Shown: positions 40,403 through 51,243 of the stretch, one piece after another
How positions within the stretch are numbered: position 1 is the first letter of the stretch
How the letters are laid out: every line of letters starts with the position of its first letter
Position numbers and translations under genes: made by a program
From: an uncultured cyanobacterium
GTDB lineage: Bacteria; Cyanobacteriota; Cyanobacteriia; Phormidesmidales; Phormidesmidaceae
Direction: 5' to 3'
NCBI GenBank assembly: GCA_963793265.1
Contig: CAWBZI010000002.1
Coordinates: forward strand, 608,001-672,000
Length of the DNA stretch: 64,000 nt
The notes under the pieces: generated by a model
Told to the model about the DNA's origin: nothing
Databases searched by the model: none
The model's input: the letters and a program-made list of their open reading frames with translations, nothing else

Positions 40403-42493
40403 TTAGGAGGCGGGAGCCTTTGGCCTTGCAATCGTAGTCAGAACCTTTTCAGGCAGTTGAGTGTACTCGCTCACGATGCCGCGAAACTCTTCACCGTCAA
40501 TCGTCTCTTTCTCAATCAGCGTATCGACCAGCCGATCGACCAGCGAGCGGTTGCTGCGAATGATCTCAATGGCTTTATCCAGGCTCTCTTGCGCGATCGC
40601 CCGCACCTTCTCATCAATCTTAGTGGCCAGCTCATCAGAATATTCATGACCGCCGCCCATCAAGTTACTCTGACCGAGGAAAGGCTGTGAGTTTTCACTT
40701 TCTAGCGCAAACGATCCTAGCTCAGTCATGCCAAACCGGGTCACCATCTGCCGAGCAATCCGGCTAACCTGCTCAATGTCGCTGCTAGCCCCAACCGTCA
40801 CTTCATCATGACCAAAAATCACTTCTTCAGCCGCACGACCGCCTAGCGCCACCACTAGCTGATCAACAATCTCACCATACGAAACCAGGCCATCGTCTAC
40901 CTGTTCTTCTTTAGGTAAGAAGCTGGCAAAGCCACCCACCCCACCAGAGCGTGGAATAATCGTGACTTTGTTCAGCGGATTAGCGTGTTTGCACAGCGTC
41001 GCAGTCAGCGCATGGCCGACTTCGTGATAGGCCACCAGTCGCTTTTTCTTGCTGTCTAGCAAAGGCGTCAGGCTCAGGCCCATCGTGAGGCGATCAATCG
41101 CGTCGTTCACTTCGAGCATGGTGACGGCATCTTTGCGACGGCGAGCGGTGAGAATGGCTGCTTCGTTGAGCAGGTTAGCAAGCTGAGCACCTGAGAAGCC
41201 GGGGGTGCGGCGGGCGATCGCCTCCATTTTCACACCGTCCTCAATCTTCTTATCGCGCGCGTGCACCTGCAAAATGCCCAGACGACCTTTGTACCCAGGC
41301 AAATCAACCGATACCTGACGGTCAAATCTGCCGGGCCGCAGCAGCGCCGAGTCCAAAACATCAGGACGGTTCGTCGCCGCGATAATGATAATGCCGCTAT
41401 TGCCTTCAAAACCATCCATTTCAGTCAGGAGCTGGTTAAGCGTTTGCTCGCGCTCATCATTACCGCCGCCAATGCCCGTACCGCGCTGACGACCTACCGC
41501 ATCAATCTCATCAATAAAGACGATACAAGGCGCGCTTTCTTTCGCTTTTTTGAACAGGTCACGGACGCGAGAAGCGCCCACACCGACAAACATCTCAACG
41601 AATTCTGAACCCGAAATGCTAAAGAAAGGCGTACCGGCTTCACCTGCGATCGCCTTGGCCAAAAGCGTCTTACCCGTTCCAGGCGGCCCTACCAGCAGCA
41701 CACCTTTAGGAATTCTGGCCCCAATCGCCGTAAAGCGCTCTGGATTTTTCAAAAAGGTCACCACTTCTTGCAGCTCCTCTTTAGCCTCATCAATCCCGGC
41801 TACATCATCAAACATCACGCCCGTTTTTGCTTCCATCTGAAAGCGAGCCTTGGACTTACCGAAGCTCATCGCCCCGCCGCCCGATCCGGCTGACTTGCGC
41901 AACAGCATCAGCATGGCAAAAATCACCAGCACAGCGATAAAAGCCGTGGTCGCGAAGCTAGTAATAGCGCTGTTATCGGCATTGCGAGCGGCTTCCCACT
42001 CGACGTTATTCGCCTGCAAACGCTCCTGCAAATCCAGGTTCTTATCGTTTGCAAATATCTCAACGCGGCGCGGGTCAGCGTCCGGCGGGTCATTCCTTAG
42101 CCTTACGCTGGCAACACCGTTGAGCTGATCGAGCGAAACCTCTTTTACTTCGCCGTTGTCAATCTTTTCGAGCAGTTGGCTGTAGGTAAGTTCGTCCTCT
42201 TCGCCGTCTTCTGCCGCTTCACCATCTAGCGTCGCTGCGGGTGGGGTTTGCTGCTCAACCTCAGTAACATTTGGGGTGTCGGCATCTTGAGCGATCGCAG
42301 GTGATAAGGCCATCAGTCCACCATGACCTAGCAGCAGCGTTACCGCCAAAGTGCTCGCAGAAAGTGCGCCTAGCCTGGCGCGAAGGGAATACCGTTTCGA
42401 GCGCCTATTCTGGCACTTAGCCATGCGGGTTTGAGCGCGCCGATACGTCCGGTTAGTCGCGGACTGGTCTTTCTGAAAAGAAGGTTTGGTCAT
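40403..42493 (-). CDS. ftsH: ATP-dependent zinc metalloprotease FtsH
   Basis: [40 protein letters not shown]. Confidence 0.96.
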   Translation of the reverse strand: MTKPSFQKDQSATNRTYRRAQTRMAKCQNRRSKRYSLRARLGALSASTLAVTLLLGHGGLMALSPAIAQDADTPNVTEVEQQTPPAATLDGEAAEDGEEDELTYSQLLEKIDNGEVKEVSLDQLNGVASVRLRNDPPDADPRRVEIFANDKNLDLQERLQANNVEWEAARNADNSAITSFATTAFIAVLVIFAMLMLLRKSAGSGGGAMSFGKSKARFQMEAKTGVMFDDVAGIDEAKEELQEVVTFLKNPERFTAIGARIPKGVLLVGPPGTGKTLLAKAIAGEAGTPFFSISGSEFVEMFVGVGASRVRDLFKKAKESAPCIVFIDEIDAVGRQRGTGIGGGNDEREQTLNQLLTEMDGFEGNSGIIIIAATNRPDVLDSALLRPGRFDRQVSVDLPGYKGRLGILQVHARDKKIEDGVKMEAIARRTPGFSGAQLANLLNEAAILTARRRKDAVTMLEVNDAIDRLTMGLSLTPLLDSKKKRLVAYHEVGHALTATLCKHANPLNKVTIIPRSGGVGGFASFLPKEEQVDDGLVSYGEIVDQLVVALGGRAAEEVIFGHDEVTVGASSDIEQVSRIARQMVTRFGMTELGSFALESENSQPFLGQSNLMGGGHEYSDELATKIDEKVRAIAQESLDKAIEIIRSNRSLVDRLVDTLIEKETIDGEEFRGIVSEYTQLPEKVLTTIARPKAPAS

Positions 42494-42707
42494 CGAGCTG
42501 ATAGGTTAAAGGCCACTGCCATCACGTTGATATCCGATTAGTCTAACCCCATAGCCCAATAACTAACCGCTCAAAGACAGAACTCCATAAACTTAAGATG
42601 AAATTTCAGGAAATATACGCAGAGTTTGCCGCTAAGTCGCTGCCGACAATGGAGGGTATCTATATATTTCAGTCTTAATTTTTAAGTTTTGATGGAGCGC
42701 TGACGCT

Positions 42708-43649
42708 ATGGCTGCAACCTCTTTTAGTATCGCGATCGCTACTTACAACCGCCTCGACTTACTCAAGCGCGCCATCCAGTCGGCTCTCGATCAAACCGTC
42801 AGCGCCGAGGTGATTGTGGTCGATAATGCCTCGACCGATGGGACTCAGGCTTATGTGGAGGCGCTAGGCGATCGCGTCATATATGTGCGCAACAGCTCGA
42901 ACCTAAACCATGCGGGCGCGGTGAATGCAGGCGTAGAAGCGGCCAGTGGCGAGTGGATTAAGCTGGTGGATGACGATGATTATTTGGCGGCAGATTGTAT
43001 TGAACGGATGGGGGATGCGATCGCCCTACGCCCCCAGGCCGTAATCTGCTCCTGCCAAGCCGCCCAAGTCAATGCCGAAGGCACCGAACTAAGCCGCACC
43101 CCGACCACTGGCCCCGGCAAAATCTTTTACATTCCCCAAGCCGATATCCACTACGGCATGTTGTTAGAAGTCGTTCCTTTCGGCACTCCCATTCAGGTCG
43201 CCGTCCGCCGCGACGCCTTTCTCAAATCCGGCGGCTGGGACTTATCGATGACAAGCTGCGACGACATCGACTCCTGGATTCGCGTTGCAGAGCACGGCGA
43301 TGCCCTCTTTATCAATCAGTGCTTGGCCTATCGCACCGTATGGCCCGGCGGCTACGACCAAAAGATCGCCCTACCGCAGCGCCTATCCACCAACTTACTG
43401 ATGAAAGAGCGCATCTACCCGCGCGTGAACGCCAAGCACAAAGCCAACCTGCCGCAGCTCTCCACTATTAATAAGTATCTACATTTGCACTGGGCAATCG
43501 TGGCGCTTAAACGCAAGCAGCTTGCGACTACGGCATCCCTCGGCTTTCCAGCCGCGTTTTCTGTACCGGCATGGCAGCTCTTGCAGCAAGCCATCGCCTT
43601 TAGAAAGCAAAAAGCTCAGGCCCCTATTGAAAAAACAGCTTTAGCCTGA
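42708..43649 (+). CDS. Glycosyltransferase family 2
   Basis: SIAIATYNR, VVDNASTDGT, LVDDDD. Confidence 0.9.
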   Translation: MAATSFSIAIATYNRLDLLKRAIQSALDQTVSAEVIVVDNASTDGTQAYVEALGDRVIYVRNSSNLNHAGAVNAGVEAASGEWIKLVDDDDYLAADCIERMGDAIALRPQAVICSCQAAQVNAEGTELSRTPTTGPGKIFYIPQADIHYGMLLEVVPFGTPIQVAVRRDAFLKSGGWDLSMTSCDDIDSWIRVAEHGDALFINQCLAYRTVWPGGYDQKIALPQRLSTNLLMKERIYPRVNAKHKANLPQLSTINKYLHLHWAIVALKRKQLATTASLGFPAAFSVPAWQLLQQAIAFRKQKAQAPIEKTALA

Positions 43650-43704
43650 GCCAGCGAGTGCGCTATACTAGCTTGGCTGAATACGTACTTTAGTTGGAGA
43701 AATA

Positions 43705-44313
43705 ATGTCTCGATATAGAGGTCCTCGCCTAAGAGTGGTGCGCCGCTTGGGCGACCTGCCGGGTTTAACCCGCAAATCGGCTCGGAAAGCGTATCCCCCT
43801 GGACAGCATGGTCAGGCTCGTAAAAAGAAGTCTGAGTACTGCATTCGTCTAGAAGAGAAGCAAAAGCTTCGTTACAACTATGGTGTTACCGAGCGCCAGC
43901 TTCTCCGCTACGTGAAAAAAGCACGTCGCGCGAGTGGTTCTACAGGACAAGTGATTTTGCAACAGCTAGAGATGCGGCTGGATAATACCTGCTTCCGCTT
44001 AGGCATGGGGCCAACCATCCCGGCTGCTCGTCAGGTTGTAAATCACGGTCACATCACGGTCAATGGCCGTGTGGTTAGCATTCCTAGCTATCAGTGCCGT
44101 CCGGGTGATGTAATTGGGGTACGCGGCAAAGATGCTTCTAAAAAGCTGGTAGAAGGCAACCTGGAGTTTCCAGGGTTGGCTAACATTCCAGCACACTTGA
44201 CCTTTGATAAAGGCAAGCTAGAAGCAACGGTCAATGGCGTCATCGAGCGCGAATGGATTGCACTGAACATCAACGAACTGTTGGTGGTTGAGTACTACTC
44301 ACGACAGGCTTAA
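43705..44313 (+). CDS. rpsD: 30S ribosomal protein S4
   Basis: [31 protein letters not shown]. Confidence 0.98.
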   Translation: MSRYRGPRLRVVRRLGDLPGLTRKSARKAYPPGQHGQARKKKSEYCIRLEEKQKLRYNYGVTERQLLRYVKKARRASGSTGQVILQQLEMRLDNTCFRLGMGPTIPAARQVVNHGHITVNGRVVSIPSYQCRPGDVIGVRGKDASKKLVEGNLEFPGLANIPAHLTFDKGKLEATVNGVIEREWIALNINELLVVEYYSRQA

Positions 44314-44394
44314 GCTATTGGCATATCGTTACATCGCTTAGCTGCGACATCTGAAATTAGACTGATGTCTTCGGGACACCTTCTTTTTCTACTA

Positions 44395-44426
44395 AAAGCC
44401 TCTTAGTCTTCGGATTAAGAGGCTTT
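44395..44426. terminator. Terminator hairpin after rpsD, probably bidirectional
   Basis: AAAGCCTCTTAGTC-TTCG-GATTAAGAGGCTTT with a cUUCGg tetraloop. Confidence 0.85.
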
Positions 44427-44446
44427 GACATTAATAGATACAGCTT

Positions 44447-44740
44447 CTAGCTGACTTCTTGGAGATATTTTCGCTTCAGAGACGCTGCAAAATCTCTAAC
44501 TTCTGCTAAGCCCTCCTCCGGCAAATTACCTAGAAGTTCAGCTACTTCAGTCTGAATCAGCGTTCCGTCAAGCTTTATATCAGCTCTTTCTAGCGTCAAT
44601 ACATGAGGGGGCTCTATAAATTCGACCTCGAAGCCCTGTCCACCCTTATAGCAGTGAACTACCGCACCTCTATCTCCTTTATATAGGCCAAACTTCGTAA
44701 GGTCACGAGTTAGAACAACAACATCATGTTCGTTAATCAT
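44447..44740 (-). CDS. DUF4926-like protein with C-terminal helical extension
   Basis: EHDVVVLTRDL..GLYKGDRGAVVHCY..GFEVEF; ATGA overlap with the upstream gene. Confidence 0.72.
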   Translation of the reverse strand: MINEHDVVVLTRDLTKFGLYKGDRGAVVHCYKGGQGFEVEFIEPPHVLTLERADIKLDGTLIQTEVAELLGNLPEEGLAEVRDFAASLKRKYLQEVS

Positions 44741-45099
44741 AGGATGGTATCTTCAACTTTACGTTTCTTGTAAGGGCGAGCAGTAACTAGGCGAGGAGCG
44801 ACTTTTCCAGTATCGATAATCCAGACTGTCAGTATGGTAACGGTTTTTCCAGTTGGCGTTGATATGGAACCAATAATGACGTGCTTCAACCCGTACACTG
44901 TTTCAACAACTTCTTGTACGGATGACGTTCTAGCAATGTGAAGAAGTTCATCTTCTAAAAGCTTTAAGTTCGTCTCGCTAAAACCCAGCGATCTAAAGAA
45001 CTTTGCTTTGGCTCCACCAACAGGATGCGTTTTGAGCAATAAATACCCTGTGAGCTTGCTGGGCTGAATAAAAGCGCTCGTGCGGTTGGGAAGCAGCAA
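44737..45099 (-). CDS. DUF6883-like protein (candidate toxin)
   Basis: KLTGYLL..HPVGGAKAKFFRSLGF..TVWIID..PRLVTA; TTG start with AAGGA SD. Confidence 0.7.
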   Translation of the reverse strand: MLLPNRTSAFIQPSKLTGYLLLKTHPVGGAKAKFFRSLGFSETNLKLLEDELLHIARTSSVQEVVETVYGLKHVIIGSISTPTGKTVTILTVWIIDTGKVAPRLVTARPYKKRKVEDTIL

Positions 45100-45157
45100 T
45101 TAATATCCTTCAGCACTCTCGGCTTTCTGCATCCTATCTACCTAACTGTTAGCCTGT

Positions 45158-46189
45158 CTAGCCCCCAATTTGAGACATCGTGCGGCTGTAGGATCCGGTA
45201 ACGCCAGATTCGCGCATTTTGAAGTTGATATCAGGCTTCTCGCCTACTAGAGCGCCTACCCGTTTTCGCAAGGTGGCCAGCGGAATGCCAGAACGTAAAC
45301 TGGAGCGTAGATCTATCTGGCCGGTTTCGTTGAGGAGGCAGGGTCTTAGAAGGCCATCGGCAGAGAGGCGCATTCGGTTGCATCTATCGCAAAAGCATTC
45401 TGACATTTGGCTAATAAAACCTAATGTTCCTTTTGCGCCGGGAATTTGAAAGACATCAGCCGGGCCATTGCCTTTCACGCTGCCGTCTGTAATTCCCCAG
45501 CGCTGGTTAATTTGTGCGCGGATAGATTCACTATCTACCCAGCCTTTGCTGCCGAATAGATCGCTGTTGCCGATGGGCATGAATTCGATAAACCGGACGT
45601 GCCATTCTTGCTCAAGCGTGAGTGCGGCCAAGTCAAGGACTTCGTGATCATTGATGCCGGGAATGACAACTACGTTCAGCTTAAGAGGAGAGAATCCGAC
45701 TGTGTGGGCAGCTTGGATGCCGCGCCAAACTTCGTGCCAACGAGACTGGTTTTTGCCGCCGACGATTTTTTGAAAGGTGTTGGGGTTCAGAGAATCTAGG
45801 CTGATGTTGATGCGTCGTAAGCCTGCGTCGTAGAGCGGCTGGGCAAGTTTTTCTAGGCGGAAGCCGTTGGTGGTGATAGCGAGGTCTTGGGTTTGCCGGA
45901 GATGGGCGATCGCATCCACCAGCTCCACAATGCCCGGCCTCAGCAAAGGCTCTCCGCCCGTCAGCCGAAAGCGCGTAAACCCCAAAGGAATAAACACTTC
46001 TTTAAGCAGCGTCAAAATCTCATCATGCGTCAGCCAGTGCTCTTTAAGCGCATACTCAAGATCTGCGCCTTCGGGCATACAGTACACGCATTGAAAGTTA
46101 CAGCGGTCGATCAGACTGATGCGTAGATAGTCAATGCGATTTGATGCGGGTGGAACGTTGGCGTTTTTGACACCTAGAAAGGTATTCAT
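45158..46189 (-). CDS. moaA: GTP 3',8-cyclase (radical SAM)
   Basis: [29 protein letters not shown]-terminal MSQIGG. Confidence 0.96.
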   Translation of the reverse strand: MNTFLGVKNANVPPASNRIDYLRISLIDRCNFQCVYCMPEGADLEYALKEHWLTHDEILTLLKEVFIPLGFTRFRLTGGEPLLRPGIVELVDAIAHLRQTQDLAITTNGFRLEKLAQPLYDAGLRRINISLDSLNPNTFQKIVGGKNQSRWHEVWRGIQAAHTVGFSPLKLNVVVIPGINDHEVLDLAALTLEQEWHVRFIEFMPIGNSDLFGSKGWVDSESIRAQINQRWGITDGSVKGNGPADVFQIPGAKGTLGFISQMSECFCDRCNRMRLSADGLLRPCLLNETGQIDLRSSLRSGIPLATLRKRVGALVGEKPDINFKMRESGVTGSYSRTMSQIGG

Positions 46190-46335
46190 AGTTTGTAAAA
46201 CTCCTTCTTCCCATACTCCTTCATTCGGAAAGAAATGGCACAGCAGAAAGTATTTTGAGGCAAAACTGAAGGGCTAAAACCGATAGGCAGTAAAGTAAAA
46301 TTGGCACTATGAGCTGTACGTAGCGGAGGCAATTG

Positions 46336-46599
46336 ATGGAATCTTTGAGTGCAAGCGAGGCTAGCGCTAACTTATTTGGATTGGTTGAGCAAGTCAACAA
46401 GGATCATTTGCCTAGAAGGATTATGAGTCAGAACGGCAATGCTGTTTTGCTCTCACAATCGGACTGGGATAGTTTGCAAGAAACGCTTTATCTACAGTCT
46501 ATTCCCGGTTTTGTTCAGTCGGTGAAAGAGATCGACGAGGCAGACGACTGGGTGTCAAAAGCAGAATTTCTGAGGGCGTTAGATGGTGTGGACGATTGA
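46336..46599 (+). CDS. yefM: Phd/YefM antitoxin
   Basis: SASEASANLFGLVEQV..NAVLLS..DWDSLQETLYL; GGAGG SD before ATG 46336. Confidence 0.88.
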   Translation: MESLSASEASANLFGLVEQVNKDHLPRRIMSQNGNAVLLSQSDWDSLQETLYLQSIPGFVQSVKEIDEADDWVSKAEFLRALDGVDD

Positions 46600-46840
46600 G
46601 TTTAGCCGAAAGGCTCTCAAAGACGCCAAAAAGGTCAGAGCTGCTAATTTAGATCGGAACTTGAGACAGCTATTGGAGGAGCTTGAGCAAGACCCATACG
46701 CGCCGCCTTACGAAAAACTATCTGGCAATCTCAAAGGATATTATTCAAGGCGAATCAATATAAAGCACCGCTTAGTTTACAAGGTAGATGACGCTGATAA
46801 ATCCATTCGAGTGATCTCTGTGTGGTCGCATTATGAGTGA
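46583..46840 (+). CDS. yoeB: Txe/YoeB toxin
   Basis: PPYEKLSGNLKGYYSRRINIKHRLVY, C-terminal WSHYE. Confidence 0.92.
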   Translation: MVWTIEFSRKALKDAKKVRAANLDRNLRQLLEELEQDPYAPPYEKLSGNLKGYYSRRINIKHRLVYKVDDADKSIRVISVWSHYE

Positions 46841-47942
46841 AATTTCTTCTACACCTCAAAGCGGATACACATTACCTGTATTTGCCTGTGCAGGTGCGAT
46901 CGCTGCCCTCCGCCTCCTTTCAAAAAACCAATCCCAAACCACCGTCACCCTCAACCTCATCACCCCCGCCCAAACTGCCGACATCTCCATTGAGCAGTCT
47001 GCTCTCCTCCCTGACGCTTCAGCCCTCGCCATCACTCGCAGCGATCCCGGTGACAACTTAGATCTCACACGCCACACGCCGATCTGGTCTATCGTAAGCT
47101 GGGCCAGCGCCGATCAAACTGAGCAAGTTCTATTAGAAGGCGGGGAAGGGATTGGACAACACGCTGACGGCCCAGCCATCTATGCCTACGCGCGGCAGCT
47201 TTTGCAAACGAACCTGGCAAAAGAGTTAAGTGCCGATCAAAAAATTAAAGTAACTATTATTTTGCCAGCCGGACGACAGCTTGCACTGCGCACGTCCAAC
47301 GCGGCATTTGGCGTAGTAGATGGTTTGTCGCTACTCGGCACTAGCGGTATCGCGCAGCCGCTTAGCGCCCCTGGTCAGCTAGAAGCTTATAGACAAACGC
47401 TCAGGGAAAAAGCAGCTAAGTTTGACGATTTAGTTTTTTGCTTGGGTGAGAACGGGCTGGATCTGGCACTGAAGCAGGGGATAGCGGCAGAGAAAAGGTT
47501 GAAAACGGCTAACTGGATTGGGCCTTTGCTTGTAGAAGCTGGGCTACTAGGCGTACGCTCAATTTTGCTCTTTGGCTATCACGGCAAGCTGGTTAAGCTA
47601 GCGGGCGGGATTTTTCATACGCATCATCATGTCGCGGATGGGCGGCAGGAGATTATGGCGGCTTGCTGCGTGCAGGCGGGGATGGAGAGTGCGATCGCTC
47701 AAAAAATCCTTGCTGCAGGCACCACCGAAGCCGGGCTGGAGATCTTGAGAAAGTTGGATCTTCAGCAGGGGAGCCAGTGGGTAGAACAAGTGTATAAAAT
47801 TATCGCTGAGCGAATCGATTATCGCTCGCAGGCTTACATTCAAACCCACGGCGGGCCGAAGGTTCAAGTCGGCAGCGTGCTATTCGACCGGCAGCGTCGG
47901 ATCGTTGTAAAAAGTGAAATGGGCGCAAAACTGCTGGCTTAA
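46833..47942 (+). CDS. cbiD: Cobalt-precorrin-5B C1-methyltransferase
   Basis: SGYTLPVFACA, SDPGDNLDLT, RTSNAAFGVVDGLSLLGTSG, GYHGKLVKLAGGIFHTH. Confidence 0.93.
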   Translation: MSEISSTPQSGYTLPVFACAGAIAALRLLSKNQSQTTVTLNLITPAQTADISIEQSALLPDASALAITRSDPGDNLDLTRHTPIWSIVSWASADQTEQVLLEGGEGIGQHADGPAIYAYARQLLQTNLAKELSADQKIKVTIILPAGRQLALRTSNAAFGVVDGLSLLGTSGIAQPLSAPGQLEAYRQTLREKAAKFDDLVFCLGENGLDLALKQGIAAEKRLKTANWIGPLLVEAGLLGVRSILLFGYHGKLVKLAGGIFHTHHHVADGRQEIMAACCVQAGMESAIAQKILAAGTTEAGLEILRKLDLQQGSQWVEQVYKIIAERIDYRSQAYIQTHGGPKVQVGSVLFDRQRRIVVKSEMGAKLLA

Positions 47943-48081
47943 GTTTGCAACTGGTTTGCTACTGTAATTAAAAGCAAATTGGCGATAACACTTAGCGTAG
48001 CAACGTTTGCATAGCAACGTTCTGCCTTCAAAAAGTCTTATCTCAGCCTCAAAAACCCCACCTCAAAACACAGGATTGATT

Positions 48082-49701
48082 GTGGCTTCTCAAACCCAAA
48101 CCTCACAACATCAAGTCGCCAGCTCAGCATCTACTACCGCGCTAAACCGCCAGATGATAGCCATTCTAGACTTTGGCTCTCAATACTCTGAACTCATCGC
48201 CAGGCGGGTTCGCGAAACCGAAGTGTACTCAGAAGTTCTTTCCTATCGCACCACCGCCGAACAACTGCGCCAGCTCAACCCCAAAGGCATCATCCTCTCC
48301 GGCGGGCCAAACTCGGTATACGATTCAAACGCGCCCATCTGCGATCCTGAGATTTGGAACTTAGGCATTCCTGTCCTCGGCGTTTGCTACGGAATGCAGC
48401 TTATGGTTCAGCAGCTCGGCGGTCAGGTGGAGCAGGCAGAACGCGGTGAATATGGCAAAGCTGCCCTGCAAGTTGATTTAGCTGAAGGTCTATTGACCGA
48501 AGTTATTAACGACTCGACAATGTGGATGAGCCACGGCGATTCGGTGACGCAGTTGCCCGATGGTTTTGAGGTGTTAGCGCATACTGAAAATACGCCCCAA
48601 GCTGCGATCGCTCACCCTTCAAAACACTTCTACGGCGTCCAGTTCCACCCCGAGGTCGTCCACTCTACCGGCGGCAGCGCCCTGATTCGCAACTTTGTCT
48701 ACAACATTTGCCAGTGCCAGCCCACCTGGACAACCGAGGCTTTTGTTGAAGAATCTATTCGCGAAGTTCGTGCCAAAGTTGGCAAAGAGCGCGTACTGCT
48801 CGCCCTATCTGGTGGCGTGGACTCTTCTACACTTGCTTTCTTACTTCACAAAGCTATTGGCGATCAGCTCACCTGCATGTTTATCGATCAGGGCTTTATG
48901 CGTAAGCGCGAGCCTGAGCGGCTAATTGAAATATTCAAAAATAAATTCCATATCAAAGTGGAATATATTAATGCGCGCGATCGCTTCTTAGCCAAAGTAA
49001 AAGGCGTCACCGATCCCGAAGAGAAGCGCAAAATCATCGGTCACGAATTCATCCGCGTATTTGAAGAAGAGTCTGCGCGGCTCGGCCCCTTTGATTACCT
49101 AGCGCAAGGCACACTGTATCCTGACGTGATTGAATCGGCTGATACTAACGTCGATCCTCAAACGGGTGAGCGCGTTGCCGTCAAAATTAAGAGCCATCAC
49201 AATGTCGGCGGACTGCCTAAAGATCTGCGGTTTAAGCTAATTGAGCCTTTACGAAAGCTCTTTAAAGACGAAGTGCGCAAAGTGGGCACAGCCGTGGATC
49301 TGCCCGACGATATTGTGCGTCGCCATCCGTTTCCTGGCCCTGGTTTGGCCATTCGGATTCTGGGTGAAGTCACGCCCGAGCGGCTGCATATTTTACGAGA
49401 GGCCGACTATATCATTCGCCAAGAGATTCGCCGCAGTGATAAATACCATGACTTCTGGCAAGCCTTTGGCGTCTTGCTCCCGGTTCGTAGCGTCGGGGTT
49501 ATGGGCGATCAGCGCACCTACGCCTACCCGATTGTGCTTCGACTGGTGAGCAGCGAAGATGGCATGACCGCCGACTGGTCGCGCGCGCCCTATGAGCTGC
49601 TAGAAAGCATCTCGAATCGTGTTGTCAATGAAGTTGAAGGCGTGAACCGAGTGGTCTACGATATTACGTCTAAACCGCCTGGCACCATTGAATGGGAATA
49701 G
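48082..49701 (+). CDS. guaA: GMP synthase (glutamine-hydrolysing)
   Basis: [37 protein letters not shown] 48082 or a later start likely. Confidence 0.97.
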   Translation: MASQTQTSQHQVASSASTTALNRQMIAILDFGSQYSELIARRVRETEVYSEVLSYRTTAEQLRQLNPKGIILSGGPNSVYDSNAPICDPEIWNLGIPVLGVCYGMQLMVQQLGGQVEQAERGEYGKAALQVDLAEGLLTEVINDSTMWMSHGDSVTQLPDGFEVLAHTENTPQAAIAHPSKHFYGVQFHPEVVHSTGGSALIRNFVYNICQCQPTWTTEAFVEESIREVRAKVGKERVLLALSGGVDSSTLAFLLHKAIGDQLTCMFIDQGFMRKREPERLIEIFKNKFHIKVEYINARDRFLAKVKGVTDPEEKRKIIGHEFIRVFEEESARLGPFDYLAQGTLYPDVIESADTNVDPQTGERVAVKIKSHHNVGGLPKDLRFKLIEPLRKLFKDEVRKVGTAVDLPDDIVRRHPFPGPGLAIRILGEVTPERLHILREADYIIRQEIRRSDKYHDFWQAFGVLLPVRSVGVMGDQRTYAYPIVLRLVSSEDGMTADWSRAPYELLESISNRVVNEVEGVNRVVYDITSKPPGTIEWE

Positions 49702-49878
49702 ACAAGTCGGCATAGCGGTAACTTTTCTGTCTATGGTCGGTAGCCGCCGCTTTGAGTTTGCGGCACAATACAGGCTATAGACTGTTGGCCATAGACTGTG
49801 AATCACAAAGCAGTTTACGCCCACACTCTCCCGAATAAAACTCTCCTTAACCTTTGTCTGGAAAATATCTGTAGCGTC

Positions 49879-50286
49879 ATGAACACCGACACAATTGTTG
49901 AACTATTACAAAAAGGCTATCGCGTGACTTTGGGCGCAGCGTCTTCTGCCGTGGAAGCGGTACAAGATCCGCAGAGAGCCGCCGATGAATTTTCAGCTGT
50001 AGGCACAGACTTCAATCGTCTTGCGGACAAGCTAGAAGTGCGAGGAGCGCTTACTGAGAAAGAAGCCCGTGACTTTATGGAAGGCGTGGTTAGCCAAATG
50101 CCCGAGCCCTTCCGCAGCGTCTCTTCTACATTCGTACAAGACACAACGCCCAAAGAGCCCCGAACGGTCACCACAGTGGCGACGCCTGTAATTGATTCTG
50201 GCCTAAAAGCAGAAGTTGAGTCTTTGACGGCTGAGCTGATTGCGATGCGTAAAGAAATTGATGAGCTTCGTCAGAAAGACAGCTAG
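49879..50286 (+). CDS. Hypothetical helical protein (weakly phasin-like)
   Basis: LQKGYRVTLGA..GALTEKEARDF, C-terminal coiled coil; followed by a terminator. Confidence 0.7.
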   Translation: MNTDTIVELLQKGYRVTLGAASSAVEAVQDPQRAADEFSAVGTDFNRLADKLEVRGALTEKEARDFMEGVVSQMPEPFRSVSSTFVQDTTPKEPRTVTTVATPVIDSGLKAEVESLTAELIAMRKEIDELRQKDS

Positions 50287-50314
50287 GTCAAGTTCGCTGG
50301 ACTTTTGGAGAATC

Positions 50315-50348
50315 AAAAGGAGGTGTCTGCAAATGTAGGCACCTTTTT
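50315..50348. terminator. Terminator hairpin
   Basis: AGGTGTCTGCA-AA-TGTAGGCACCT followed by TTTT. Confidence 0.7.
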
Positions 50349-50531
50349 CGTTGAGTCCTTTCTCAAAAGAGCTTGATGCTACTGTAAAGGCAGATTCGAG
50401 AAACGAAGAAGAAACAGATATTTGGATCGCCCATGTATTCTCCTCAGTCGCCCCTATCTGCAGAGCCTCAGCCCTGAAAAATTGCCTGAAAAGCTGCGAT
50501 CGCTAGGCATCAATCCAGACGAGCTATAAAA

Positions 50532-51203
50532 CTAGGGATCAGCAGGCTCGATAGGAGATGAACCCGCAGGCGGCGCAGTTGGCGTCGGGGAAATAGGCGG
50601 CAGACCGTTCGGAGCGGTGAGCTGGCCGCCAGACGGTGCTGAAGGAACATTGAGGCCACCATCGCTAGGCAGTGGCGCGGTTTGACCAGGCGTATTTTGG
50701 CCCGGTGTAATCTGTACGCCCTGAGAGCGCAAAACGTCTTCTAGGCTCTGGCCGCCTTGCGTCGGATCGAGAGAGGCGTCATTAGGCAGGGTTGCTAAGG
50801 CTACGCGATCACCCCCAACTGAGCGCAGCAAATCGAGCACTTTCACCACGTCCTCATAGCGCGCGCTGCGAGAGGCATACAGCACAATTGTGCCGTTGGG
50901 TGCGATTTGCTTGTGCTGCACCAGTACGTCGTAAAGCAGGCCGAGCGGCACCGCACTTTTGTCTACATATACCTGGCCCGCACTGTCTACGCTGACATAG
51001 AGACGATCGCGACTATTGCCTTCAACGGGTGAGCTATTGGTGACTGCTGGTAGATCGAGTGCGATCGCCTGCTGCCGGGTCAGCCCTACTGCCGCCAAAA
51101 TAAAGAATGTCAGAATACAAAAAATCACATCAATCATCGGCAGAATTTCAATCTGCACGTCTGACTGGCGATTATCGTCGAGATCTAATTTCATAGCGGC
51201 CAA
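50532..51203 (-). CDS. exbD: ExbD/TolR family protein with Pro-rich tail
   Basis: ILPMIDVIFCILTFFI (conserved Asp), YEDVVKVLD. Confidence 0.88.
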   Translation of the reverse strand: MAAMKLDLDDNRQSDVQIEILPMIDVIFCILTFFILAAVGLTRQQAIALDLPAVTNSSPVEGNSRDRLYVSVDSAGQVYVDKSAVPLGLLYDVLVQHKQIAPNGTIVLYASRSARYEDVVKVLDLLRSVGGDRVALATLPNDASLDPTQGGQSLEDVLRSQGVQITPGQNTPGQTAPLPSDGGLNVPSAPSGGQLTAPNGLPPISPTPTAPPAGSSPIEPADP

Positions 51204-51243
51204 AATAGGGATGAGAGAGATCGATCAGGAGATATTAGTAGCG

